Translations under genes and position numbers: made by a program
The notes under the pieces: model-generated
Database searches by the model: none
What the model was told of the DNA's origin: nothing
What the model saw: only the letters and a program-made list of their open reading frames with translations
Assembly (NCBI GenBank): GCA_020697715.1
Contig: JAEHCO010000002.1
Location: 32,001-96,000, forward strand
From: Methanobacteriota archaeon
GTDB taxonomy: Archaea; Thermoplasmatota; Thermoplasmata; SG8-5; JAGLSY01
DNA: 64,000 nt
Direction of reading: 5' to 3'
Shown: piece by piece, positions 7,818 to 16,726 of the stretch
Position numbering within the stretch: the stretch's first letter is position 1
Layout: every line of letters begins with the position of its first letter

Positions 7818-9941
7818 TTACTTGTGTTCTTTGCCCCTCCTTTTTTTATCTTTCAGACCTCTGAATTTCGCGAACATGACAGCCCCTACAATGAATGTAG
7901 TGACTATGAGCAGGACTCCTGGGAATGGCATGGATAGTCCAAGATCTTCCGAATTTTCCACATTATAGTCGTCTGATGTTGAATTTCCAACTCCATCATC
8001 ATCTATATCTACTCCACCATTGGATGGGTATGTGCCGCTCACTGGTGTCGAAGGGTCTATCGCACTTGATGTTGTACTATTGGTGTCTGGAAGGGTCTGA
8101 GATGGGTCGGTATTAGCATCAGCATCAGTATCAATTGGTTGAGCTGTGGTTCCCCAGTCATATATTGTACCGTCTACTGGTATGTAACTGGTCTTGTATA
8201 ATTCATAGGTGGCGAGATCAAGACCTGCGGCTTCCAGAGCATCCTCCAGCTGATCACCAGAGATGAAGGATGTGTAGGGAGTGACAAAGTTGTAGCTCAC
8301 AGCTATTGAGATTATCTCATTAACGGTCTCATTGGTCTCACCCTCTACAGATATCTTATCCAGTAGATGATTGATCCTCGCATAGGCCCAGAATCTGGCC
8401 ACATAATCATTATCCGGGTCAGGATCTGAATGGAATGTTCTGGAATAGGTCATTGCCCCCAAGTCACTCATCGCGCTTATATCCGCTATAACCTCACTGT
8501 TACCCTTAGGGTAAATGCCAGAGACCACGATCTCCGAGCCCTGGAAGAGACTTTTTGTCTCTTTAGGATACCACATACTAGCATCTGGTGAGTATTCGAA
8601 ACTTATATTGCCGAGCATGGTCACGGATATCATGTCATAGAAATCGGTAATCTGGTCAGCTGCATCTGTCCCGAGATATATTTTCAATGCCTCTCCATCA
8701 TTCTCCAGTGAGATGGCCTCTAAAAGATCGAAATCAACATCATCTCCAAATCCAAGACAATATATCTGAGCCCCTATGCTATTTGAATTTATGATCTCCT
8801 GCCTTAGAATATCTGGATCCGTGCTGCCCTGACCATCGGTGAGCAGTACCAATATGGGATTGTCGCTCTCTGCCGATACCAGTTGATCCAAGCCGTCAAC
8901 CATTGCGTTTTTGATATTTGTCCCGCCTCCTGCACCGACACCATTTACGGTCGAGATCGCATCGGTCTTCTCTGTCGTATCTGCTGGAATAAGATCCGAT
9001 CCCAAAGGTTCACTAGTGACTGAATCGAATAGCACTATACCGAAAGAATCGCGAGTATCCAGGGCTGGCAAGATGGCGGAGAAAGCCTCTTTCACCTGTG
9101 CGATCTTATCACCAGTCATCGAACCGCTCTTATCTATACAGAAAGTGATCTGCTTGGGCATGGTATTGCCACCCACATCATCCAGTTCAGGAGAGAAGAT
9201 GTGCATGAAATAACCTGTATTATCGTCCTCGAAGAAGACCATATTCCCCTCATCCGAGGGATTGGCCACTTCATAGTTTATGATTATCATCTTCCCCAGA
9301 AATTCTGGGGCGTCGCTGGCCTTCACAAGAACCTTGCTGATGCTCTCTGTCTCGATAACAGGCTCTTGAAAACCAGATATTGTGACATTGCTGATCTCCT
9401 CCGTATAGTGGATCATGGCCTCAAATTCAAAGGTACCCTGGAAGGTTTCTGGATCAATGATCTGACTGTAATTGTAGAATCCTGTTTTTCGGGGTATGAT
9501 CTCCTCATATCTGAATACCACCTCTGCAGTCTCCCCTGCCTCGAGGTTGAAGCTATGTGTGTAAACAGAATTGCCACGGTACGTCATGTGACTGGCTGTT
9601 ACACCAATTGAGACCTGATAATCATAGGCGGCGGCAGCAATATCTTTCGGTACAACGATCGAATACATCACATCCTCTCCGATGGTCAGTGTAAGATTTG
9701 AAACAAGTGCTCTTTCCGAAATACTATAAGAAAAAGTATGTTCGGCCGCAATATCGCCATTGTTCACGAATCCCTGTGTCACCTCGGTAATGGCATATGA
9801 ATTATGTATTCTCACATCCACTTTGGTATATTCCATCTCTATATTACTGGTCTGATCGTCCTCCAATGCCATAACTGGCAGGACCAGCATCAATCCTAAT
9901 ACAAGCACACACATATTAATCAAAGCTCTTCCATCTGACAT
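7818..9941 (-). CDS. Surface protein with VIT and von Willebrand A domains and C-terminal anchor
   Basis: Signal peptide, VIT-like domain, MIDAS DKSGS, GGGTN, LTDG, FVTPYTS, T/D/S linker, PFPG-TM-basic tail. Confidence 0.9.
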   Translation of the reverse strand: MSDGRALINMCVLVLGLMLVLPVMALEDDQTSNIEMEYTKVDVRIHNSYAITEVTQGFVNNGDIAAEHTFSYSISERALVSNLTLTIGEDVMYSIVVPKDIAAAAYDYQVSIGVTASHMTYRGNSVYTHSFNLEAGETAEVVFRYEEIIPRKTGFYNYSQIIDPETFQGTFEFEAMIHYTEEISNVTISGFQEPVIETESISKVLVKASDAPEFLGKMIIINYEVANPSDEGNMVFFEDDNTGYFMHIFSPELDDVGGNTMPKQITFCIDKSGSMTGDKIAQVKEAFSAILPALDTRDSFGIVLFDSVTSEPLGSDLIPADTTEKTDAISTVNGVGAGGGTNIKNAMVDGLDQLVSAESDNPILVLLTDGQGSTDPDILRQEIINSNSIGAQIYCLGFGDDVDFDLLEAISLENDGEALKIYLGTDAADQITDFYDMISVTMLGNISFEYSPDASMWYPKETKSLFQGSEIVVSGIYPKGNSEVIADISAMSDLGAMTYSRTFHSDPDPDNDYVARFWAYARINHLLDKISVEGETNETVNEIISIAVSYNFVTPYTSFISGDQLEDALEAAGLDLATYELYKTSYIPVDGTIYDWGTTAQPIDTDADANTDPSQTLPDTNSTTSSAIDPSTPVSGTYPSNGGVDIDDDGVGNSTSDDYNVENSEDLGLSMPFPGVLLIVTTFIVGAVMFAKFRGLKDKKRRGKEHK

Positions 9942-10137
9942 ATTATCATATCCATATTTTGTACAATCCCCGGGAATTGTAATTGTATATTCATTCCGAG
10001 TTCATAAGTGGTTATTGGCAGGATCGTCCATTCGTTGACATGAACGTCAAAACGTTTTTTTTGAATTATCACTAAGCCCTTATTCCCCTATCATCGTACA
10101 TTAGAATTCAATTCAAGGCGAGCATATAAAAGCAGAC

Positions 10138-10187
10138 TTGTACAGTTTTTTGTCTAATATTTATACTCGTTGGTACGGCCCTTTGTA
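10138..10187 (-). promoter_or_regulatory. TATA box flanked by two GTAC-N5-TTTGT boxes (copy 2)
   Basis: 35/50 ungapped identity to 2227-2276. Confidence 0.6.
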
Positions 10188-10297
10188 AAAGGAAAGATCA
10201 ATGTTATTCTGTGAATATCATAGCTTCAAATCCTCACAATCTTCATATCAAAACTTGAGGATATTCAATAAATATAACTCCGGTATCTCGCATCCTG

Positions 10298-11245
10298 ATG
10301 AAACTTGCTCATTTGAGGATAGACAATCCCATTGTCCAGGCTCCCATGGCGGGTGTCACGGATGCTCCTTTCCGGACAATATCCAGAAGGTTCCATGATG
10401 GTCTGATCTTCACGGAGATGATCAGTGCCGAGGCTCTTTGCAGGAATAATGCTCGTACAATGGTATTCGCAAAGATGGAGAATGGTCATCATCCAATTGC
10501 TTTCCAGATAGTTGGAAGCAAGGTCGAAAGAATGGTCATCGCCGCAAGAATGGCAGAGAAGATGGGAGCAGATATCCTGGACATAAATGCCGCATGCCCG
10601 GAGAAGAATGTCATGCGTGGCGGTGCTGGTGGTGCTCTTCTGAAAGATCCTGATAAGCTGGCGGACATGGTGGGCCAGATATCCAGCAGCATAAACATTC
10701 CTGTTTCTGTCAAGCTCCGATTGGGTTATTACAGGAATGATTCACTCTTACTGGCCAGGAAATTGGAGGGCATTGGCGCGTCCTTTCTCACCTTCCACGG
10801 GCGTACTGTCGCACAGAAATTCAGTGGAGATAGTGATCGGGATGCTCTGAGAACTCTGGTCGAGGAGGTTGATATCCCTATCCTGGCCAATGGAGGCGGG
10901 CTTACCGAGCAGAAAGCAGTTGATCTGCTCCATCACACAGGGGCGGAAGGTGTGATGTTGGGTCGCGGCATACGCGGACGACCAGACCTTGTTGGCACAT
11001 CCTTTTCATTACTCAAGACCGGCCAGTATGAAAGAATGTCGAAAGACCTGCTCCTGAACACGATAATGGATCATGCAAGGTTGGAGAATGAATATTATGG
11101 GGTGGATCCTGGCATCAAGCGCATGCGCAAGCATGTTGTCTGGTATATGAAGGCCGCGGGACATCCGATTTCTCACAAGGAGGTATACCAGCTCAGGACA
11201 TTGGATGAGCTGGGTGCTTTACTGGCAATTGCTTTGGATCTATAA
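10298..11245 (+). CDS. dusB: tRNA-dihydrouridine synthase (DusB-like)
   Basis: APMAGVTD, TEMIS, DINAACP, KLRLG, HGRT motifs. Confidence 0.9.
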   Translation: MKLAHLRIDNPIVQAPMAGVTDAPFRTISRRFHDGLIFTEMISAEALCRNNARTMVFAKMENGHHPIAFQIVGSKVERMVIAARMAEKMGADILDINAACPEKNVMRGGAGGALLKDPDKLADMVGQISSSINIPVSVKLRLGYYRNDSLLLARKLEGIGASFLTFHGRTVAQKFSGDSDRDALRTLVEEVDIPILANGGGLTEQKAVDLLHHTGAEGVMLGRGIRGRPDLVGTSFSLLKTGQYERMSKDLLLNTIMDHARLENEYYGVDPGIKRMRKHVVWYMKAAGHPISHKEVYQLRTLDELGALLAIALDL

Positions 11246-11385
11246 TTGTGAGGGGTCACAGTGATCTTGTGATTTTACAGGTCAGTTGATTTATATATTT
11301 TCGTAGGAATATTGATATACTATCCAATCATTATCACCATGATCATGGTAAAAGGCCATGAACGTATAATGGGAAAGTGATTAAA

Positions 11386-12036
11386 ATGGGACATGGAAAT
11401 TATCAACAACAACCGCCACCACAACAGTATCAACAACCACCACCACAATACCAGCAACCACCAAACTATTCGAATCCTGAGGCTGACAGCATCATAAGCA
11501 TGGTCAATATCGCCAGTATCTTCGGTATAATCATCGCTATAGTCGCTGTGCTTGGAGGTATTTATTTTATCTGGGCATACTCAACATATGAGGCAGTGAC
11601 CAGTATCTATGGTGACTATGGAATAACCAATCTTGAGGATTCCGCTGTAAGAACTGGCTTCATGATATACGCTGTAGTCCTTTTCTTGATATTCCTCTTC
11701 GGAGTTCTGTTCTTCGTGAGCTGTAGGAAGATCGCTGAACTGGTTCGCCAGGGCAGATATCAAGAGGGAAAATCCAAGGCATTGGTCTGGACAATAATCG
11801 GTATAATATTCGCTGGTTTGATACCAGGTATACTTTTGCTTATAGCATACCTGAAATTCGATCCACTGATAAGGAACACACAACCGAATTACATGCCACC
11901 GCCACAGCCACAGTATCAACAGCCACCACCACAACAGCAATACCAGCAACAACCACCGCCGCAGCAGTACCAGCAGCCCCCGCCACCACAACAGCAACCA
12001 CCGCAGCAGGGCCAACAACAGCCACCACAATACTGA
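11386..12036 (+). CDS. Membrane protein with Q/P/Y-rich termini
   Basis: Several TM segments flanked by QQPPPQQY repeats. Confidence 0.85.
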   Translation: MGHGNYQQQPPPQQYQQPPPQYQQPPNYSNPEADSIISMVNIASIFGIIIAIVAVLGGIYFIWAYSTYEAVTSIYGDYGITNLEDSAVRTGFMIYAVVLFLIFLFGVLFFVSCRKIAELVRQGRYQEGKSKALVWTIIGIIFAGLIPGILLLIAYLKFDPLIRNTQPNYMPPPQPQYQQPPPQQQYQQQPPPQQYQQPPPPQQQPPQQGQQQPPQY

Positions 12037-12068
12037 TTTGTGACACGGTATGATACTACAAACCAAAA

Positions 12069-12100
12069 TGCAGAGGAGGGCGAAACTCCTCTGCAACTTT
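12069..12100 (+). terminator. Hairpin terminator
   Basis: TGCAGAGGAG-N7-CTCCTCTGCA then T-tract. Confidence 0.7.
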
Positions 12101-12194
12101 TAGATCTTTGATAGTTTTTTCTAGATATTCTTTGTTTTAAGTGGATAGATTGAAATATATGGACTTCAGTATAGGCTCAATATAGGTGATTAAA

Positions 12195-12848
12195 ATGGGA
12201 CAAGGAAATTATTACCAGCAACCGCCACCACAGCAGCCGCCGCAACAGCAGGCCCCGCCACAGCAGCAAGGATACTATCCTCCGCAGCATATTGGAAGGG
12301 CAATGGAGCACGCAGATATCATATACAGATTCGTTGCTTATTTGATCGATGGTATCATATTAGCGATACCGGCTTTCATATTGGCCGCCGTTCTTGGCTT
12401 AGGCGCGGGAGTAGTAGGTATCTATGCCAGTGCTGCCATATCCGCTGTATTGGGTTTGTTATACTTCACTTTCATGGAGGGTGGCCAAGGTAATGCCACT
12501 TTCGGAAAGAAGATAATGAAGCTCAAGGTCGTTGATGAACAGTACAGGCCTATAACCATGAATGCTGCTTTGATCAGGAACATCATGCGTATGCTATGGG
12601 GATTGACCTTTTACGTCATGCTGATCATAGACATAATAATGATTCTCACAAGGGACGACAAGCAGAGGCTCGGGGATACCATCGCTCATACTTACGTGGT
12701 CAAGGAACCAGTATTTGCCCAGCAGGGCTACATGCCACCGCCACCACAGCAGTACCAGCAGCAACCATATCAACAGCAGGCACCACCGCCACAGCAACCA
12801 CCGCAGCAAGAATATCAGGCACCACCACCGCCGCCACCACAATATTGA
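12195..12848 (+). CDS. RDD-family membrane protein with Q/P/Y-rich termini
   Basis: RFVAYLID, ATFGKKIMKLKVV, QRLGDTIAHTYVV. Confidence 0.92.
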   Translation: MGQGNYYQQPPPQQPPQQQAPPQQQGYYPPQHIGRAMEHADIIYRFVAYLIDGIILAIPAFILAAVLGLGAGVVGIYASAAISAVLGLLYFTFMEGGQGNATFGKKIMKLKVVDEQYRPITMNAALIRNIMRMLWGLTFYVMLIIDIIMILTRDDKQRLGDTIAHTYVVKEPVFAQQGYMPPPPQQYQQQPYQQQAPPPQQPPQQEYQAPPPPPPQY

Positions 12849-12886
12849 ACCAACATATTGCTGTGTGACCGTGGAATAAATGGAAT

Positions 12887-12923
12887 GCGGAGGGGATACA
12901 CACCTCTCCGCCCTCTTCTCTTT
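12887..12923 (+). terminator. Hairpin terminator
   Basis: GCGGAGGGG-N7-CCTCTCCGC then pyrimidine/T tract. Confidence 0.65.
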
Positions 12924-13039
12924 TGATGTTTTTATCTTATTACTCGAACTGATAACTTGTCATTCAATAGTGTTCGAAAAGTTATCGAAATAATATACAA
13001 ATTGAATCACTGAAAAATATACAAAATGGCTGGCATTAG

Positions 13040-13260
13040 TGCGTAAGTCGAGAACCCCCAGGTCTTCTGGCCTGGGATGAATCGATTCGTCAGTAACGTG
13101 ATATCGCCGTATGCTCATCATTATCATTCACCCGAACTCGAAGCTGAATAAAGCTTCGAGTGTTCGAGCATATGGCCTTTTTTTGTAAACATACAGACAT
13201 AAAGGAACTGGCATCATATAATTGGCGTAACGCCAGGTCATTTATGGCCTGGTAGTTTAA
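13040..13260 (+). mobile_element. Non-coding structured mini-element, IS200/IS605-end-like
   Basis: Related hairpins at both ends (CCCAGGTC-TTCT-GGCCTGGG at 13057; CCAGGTCA-TTTA-TGGCCTGG-TAGTT at 13233), a long internal stem, flanked by split TGGCTGGC/GCCAGCCA. Confidence 0.5.
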
Positions 13261-13290
13261 AATAGCCAGCCAGTTCATGTTTTACTTAGC

Positions 13291-13809
13291 TTATAAGGGT
13301 GCTTCGCCACTTATCACGTTCACCCTGCATGGGCTGCTGATCTTCAGACCGGCTTTCCACAGAGCGGTCTTCGCATCTTGGTAGTGGGCTTGGTTGACCT
13401 TGATCGTGATGATGGCCTGGCCTCTCTTGACCCTGGCGGCTGTACCCACGGGCTTTCCAAAGGCACCTCTCATGCCACTTGATATCCTATCTGCACCTGC
13501 TCCTGTTGCCATCTTGTTCTCCCTGATGACCTCATGAGGGTACACACGGATCTTTAAGAAATAACCCTGAGCACCTGTCTTCCTCTGGATGAACCTGTTG
13601 GCAGCAATACGAGCTGCTTCCAAAGAATTATGCCTGATCTGGCAGGAATCGTTCACAACGAGATGCATTTCTACTGCGAAATCCCCTTTCCTGTTTCCGG
13701 TCTCGAAATTGGTGATCCTCAAATGTGGAACTCCGCCCATATACTTACGTCTGGTATAGGACTGACCTTTGATCTGTCTGTACATCTTTGCTGGTTTTCT
13801 GCCTGCCAT
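13291..13809 (-). CDS. rpl10e: 50S ribosomal protein L10e (uL16)
   Basis: RKPAKMYR, QIRHNSLEAARI, GAGADRISSGMRGAFGKP; start reset to the ATG after GGAGG. Confidence 0.98.
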   Translation of the reverse strand: MAGRKPAKMYRQIKGQSYTRRKYMGGVPHLRITNFETGNRKGDFAVEMHLVVNDSCQIRHNSLEAARIAANRFIQRKTGAQGYFLKIRVYPHEVIRENKMATGAGADRISSGMRGAFGKPVGTAARVKRGQAIITIKVNQAHYQDAKTALWKAGLKISSPCRVNVISGEAPL

Positions 13810-13831
13810 ATCTTTTTCCTCCTTTAAAGTC

Positions 13832-13879
13832 GGAATTTTGAAAGCAATCACTTCGCTCTCGCTTTCAGTTTCACCTTCC
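13832..13879 (-). promoter_or_regulatory. 5' leader RNA hairpin motif shared with rlmE
   Basis: 31/36 nt identical to the rlmE leader, with a compensatory pair change. Confidence 0.65.
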
Positions 13880-14017
13880 TGGTGTTGCCAATTAGGTAAG
13901 CCGCATAATAACTTGCTTTATATAACGTTTACCATTGTTCAATTAAGCCTATATAAGCCAAAATCATTTAATACAATCGCCTTTATGCCCTGATACCTTC
14001 AATAGGAGATCTGTCAC

Positions 14018-14992
14018 ATGGCTGATGATAAGAAGAAGCAAACTGCTGATAAGAAAAAGACCGAGACCAAGAAGTCCAGTCCAAAAAAGACTGAAACTAA
14101 AAAGTCCACCGCCAAGCCAAAGGCGTCCGAGACCAAGAAATCTGAAACTAAAAAGACCGAGACCAAGAAATCCAGTCCAAAGAAGGGCGAGAAAGTTTCA
14201 AAGGGAGATATAATTACCTTTGATTTCGATGCCTGGGTAGTCGATCAGGATGGTACAGATGAATTGTTCGAGACCACAAGCGAGGAGCTTGCCAAATCCG
14301 AAGATATATTTGACGAGAAGGCAAAGTACCAGTCACTGACCACATTGGTCGGAGCAAACAGAGTGGTTGCAGGTCTGGACAAGTCCCTTGAAGGCGCGGA
14401 AGTTGGCAAGAAGACAACGGTCGAGATACCACCATCCGAGGGTGATGGAGCCTGGGATCCAAAGCTTGTTGAGATATTTCCAATGAGGGAATTTGCCAAA
14501 GAGGAATATCAACCATATCCTGGAATGGAGGTCACTGTGAAGAACAAGACCGGAAGGATAGTCACTGTCCAGTCTGGACGTGTGAGAGTTGACTTCAATG
14601 CACCTCTGGCCGGCAAGACCGTCCGCTATGAATATACCATATCCAAGAAGGCGAACAAGGCCGATGAAAAGGCCCTGGGAATCATCGCCATGGACTATGG
14701 AAATTCTGAGGATTTCAATATAACTGGAAAGGATGACCTTTTGGAGATCACACTGCCCGAGATATGCAAGTACGATCAGAACTGGTTCGTCATGAAGTAC
14801 AGGGTTGTTGGGGATCTCAGGGAACACACGGATTTCAAATCCATCAAGTTCATCGAGGAATATATCAAGAAAGAAGAGCCAAAGGAAGAGAAGAAGGCAG
14901 ACGACAAGAAGGCTGATGACAAGAAGGAAGACAAGCCAAAGTCCAAGCCAAAAGCAAAACCCAAGGCCAAAAAGGATGAGAAGAAGGAATAA
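14018..14992 (+). CDS. slyD: Long-type FKBP peptidyl-prolyl isomerase (SlyD-like) with Lys-rich termini
   Basis: VVAGLD, GRVRVDFNAPLAGK and the archaeal C-terminal domain. Confidence 0.93.
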   Translation: MADDKKKQTADKKKTETKKSSPKKTETKKSTAKPKASETKKSETKKTETKKSSPKKGEKVSKGDIITFDFDAWVVDQDGTDELFETTSEELAKSEDIFDEKAKYQSLTTLVGANRVVAGLDKSLEGAEVGKKTTVEIPPSEGDGAWDPKLVEIFPMREFAKEEYQPYPGMEVTVKNKTGRIVTVQSGRVRVDFNAPLAGKTVRYEYTISKKANKADEKALGIIAMDYGNSEDFNITGKDDLLEITLPEICKYDQNWFVMKYRVVGDLREHTDFKSIKFIEEYIKKEEPKEEKKADDKKADDKKEDKPKSKPKAKPKAKKDEKKE

Positions 14993-15018
14993 TCCTTATC
15001 TCGCCATTCTTTCAGATT

Positions 15019-15048
15019 AAACTGCCAGGTATCTTTCCCTGGCAGTTT
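15019..15048. terminator. Hairpin between convergent genes
   Basis: AAACTGCCAGG-N8-CCTGGCAGTTT. Confidence 0.7.
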
Positions 15049-15060
15049 CAATTTTCATAT

Positions 15061-16146
15061 TTATTTTTTAACAGTGAGCACGCCGATCAGGAACACGGAT
15101 GACATTGCCAGTAGTCCTCCGATACCAAGGAATGGAATGAGTATTAAGCTCATTCCCAGTGTTATGACCCTTCCCGAATTTAGGCAAAATTCTCTCATCA
15201 GCATCGCGCTTCCCTTGTTCTTTCCATCTCCGGCCTGGGTCATTAAGAATATGGCGACCATCGGTATGAAGAAGTTGAGAATACCCATTCCAAGAAGAAA
15301 TACATTGATATCACTGGCCATGCCGGCTATTACCATGCCCGGCATCGCTCCCAGCGCGCCTATCTTTGCGAATACCAGGCGCTTCTGTTCGCGGTCGGAC
15401 ACACGGGCGATGAAGACTGCCGCCAGTGTTCCGATGAGGGCGAAGAAGGAGAACATGATCCCGGTCTTGAACTCCCCACCCGCGAAATGGTAAGTGAGCA
15501 AGGGACTGGCAAAGAAGAACACACCTTCCTGCATACCCTGGAAGAACAAGCCTTTCCACAGGCTCTCTTTCATGCTCCTTATTCTCATTCTCAGCTTGCC
15601 CCAGGGCAGATCCCTGTAGATGGTGATCACGATGGCATTGATAAGTAGGATCATCGTCGCTATCAGGAATACGACATAGAAATCCAGGCTCTCGATTATC
15701 GAGCCACCCAATACTGGCATAAGAACAGCGATCACCGGGTATATGAAGAAGGAAACACCGATCGTGAACCCTCTGTTCGCATCTTTCGATTGCTGAGCCA
15801 GTAGCACATTGAGCGGTATCCAGAAAAAGACTATTTGAAAACCATAGAATATGCCTGGAATTATTAGCAGGGCGTATCCATCCAGTATGAGAAATGAACC
15901 GTAGGAGATCGCCAAAAATAGATTGGATGCCATGATCGATCTTTTGGAGTGCATGCCCCCTCTGTTCGATAGTATGATCGTTAAAACGATCGTGGTAAGC
16001 ATCGCGACTATCAGATAGATCAATGATTCCTGATACGAAAAGCCCCGATTCACAAGATATATCAGGCTGAAGGAACCCGCGATGGCCATGGCGATGTTCA
16101 TCATGGCCTGGACAATGAGCAATTTCTTGGCACCAGAGCTTATCAT
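15061..16146 (-). CDS. MFS transporter
   Basis: About 12 TM helices; ARVSDREQKR loop motif. Confidence 0.85.
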   Translation of the reverse strand: MISSGAKKLLIVQAMMNIAMAIAGSFSLIYLVNRGFSYQESLIYLIVAMLTTIVLTIILSNRGGMHSKRSIMASNLFLAISYGSFLILDGYALLIIPGIFYGFQIVFFWIPLNVLLAQQSKDANRGFTIGVSFFIYPVIAVLMPVLGGSIIESLDFYVVFLIATMILLINAIVITIYRDLPWGKLRMRIRSMKESLWKGLFFQGMQEGVFFFASPLLTYHFAGGEFKTGIMFSFFALIGTLAAVFIARVSDREQKRLVFAKIGALGAMPGMVIAGMASDINVFLLGMGILNFFIPMVAIFLMTQAGDGKNKGSAMLMREFCLNSGRVITLGMSLILIPFLGIGGLLAMSSVFLIGVLTVKK

Positions 16147-16151
16147 GGAGC

Positions 16152-16679
16152 CTATCCGATCTTCTTCAATCCATCAGGATATCTTTTGGTCGCCAGATCT
16201 GTGTAAATGCCTTTGAATTCCGTCCATTGTTTTCGATATTCTTCGGATGTCTGGGACACCACCTTCGCTGGCACCCCCACGGCAATGGCACCGTCCGGTA
16301 TTTCCGATTTGTTCTTCACAACAGCCCCTTCGCCTATCGCGGCCCATTCTCCGACATTGGAGTAATCGGAGACTATCGCGCCCATACCGACGACCACCCA
16401 ATCGCCAACAGTGGCATTGTGGATTATCGCGCCATGACCCAATGTGACATTACTACCTATCGTGCAGATATCTCCGGGTCTAGCGTGGATGGTACAGTTG
16501 TCCTCAACTGCGGTATTATCGCCAATTTTTATAGTCCCATAATCTCCCCGAAGAACAGCTCCAGCTCCTATGTAACATCCATCTCCGATCTCAACATCGC
16601 CGATGATCACGGCCTCATCGAAAATATAAGCACCCTTTCCTATCTTTGGCACTTTTCCTTCAAATTCGTATATTGTCAT
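16152..16679 (-). CDS. Gamma-carbonic anhydrase family hexapeptide-repeat protein
   Basis: IGDVEIG, LRGD, TLGHGAIIH, GVPAK. Confidence 0.93.
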   Translation of the reverse strand: MTIYEFEGKVPKIGKGAYIFDEAVIIGDVEIGDGCYIGAGAVLRGDYGTIKIGDNTAVEDNCTIHARPGDICTIGSNVTLGHGAIIHNATVGDWVVVGMGAIVSDYSNVGEWAAIGEGAVVKNKSEIPDGAIAVGVPAKVVSQTSEEYRKQWTEFKGIYTDLATKRYPDGLKKIG

Positions 16680-16726
16680 ATCATTACCTCTGATCGAATT
16701 GCAATTGTTCGCCAGGATCCGGTTGT

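Noticed and set aside
11581-12903. Antisense L/W/V-rich ORFs
   Set aside because: Shadow frames of the CAG/CCA repeats.
13027-13272. SRP RNA or RNase P RNA
   Set aside because: No SRP helix-8 GGAA/AGCAG motif and no RNase P GAGGAAAGUCC-type core on either strand.
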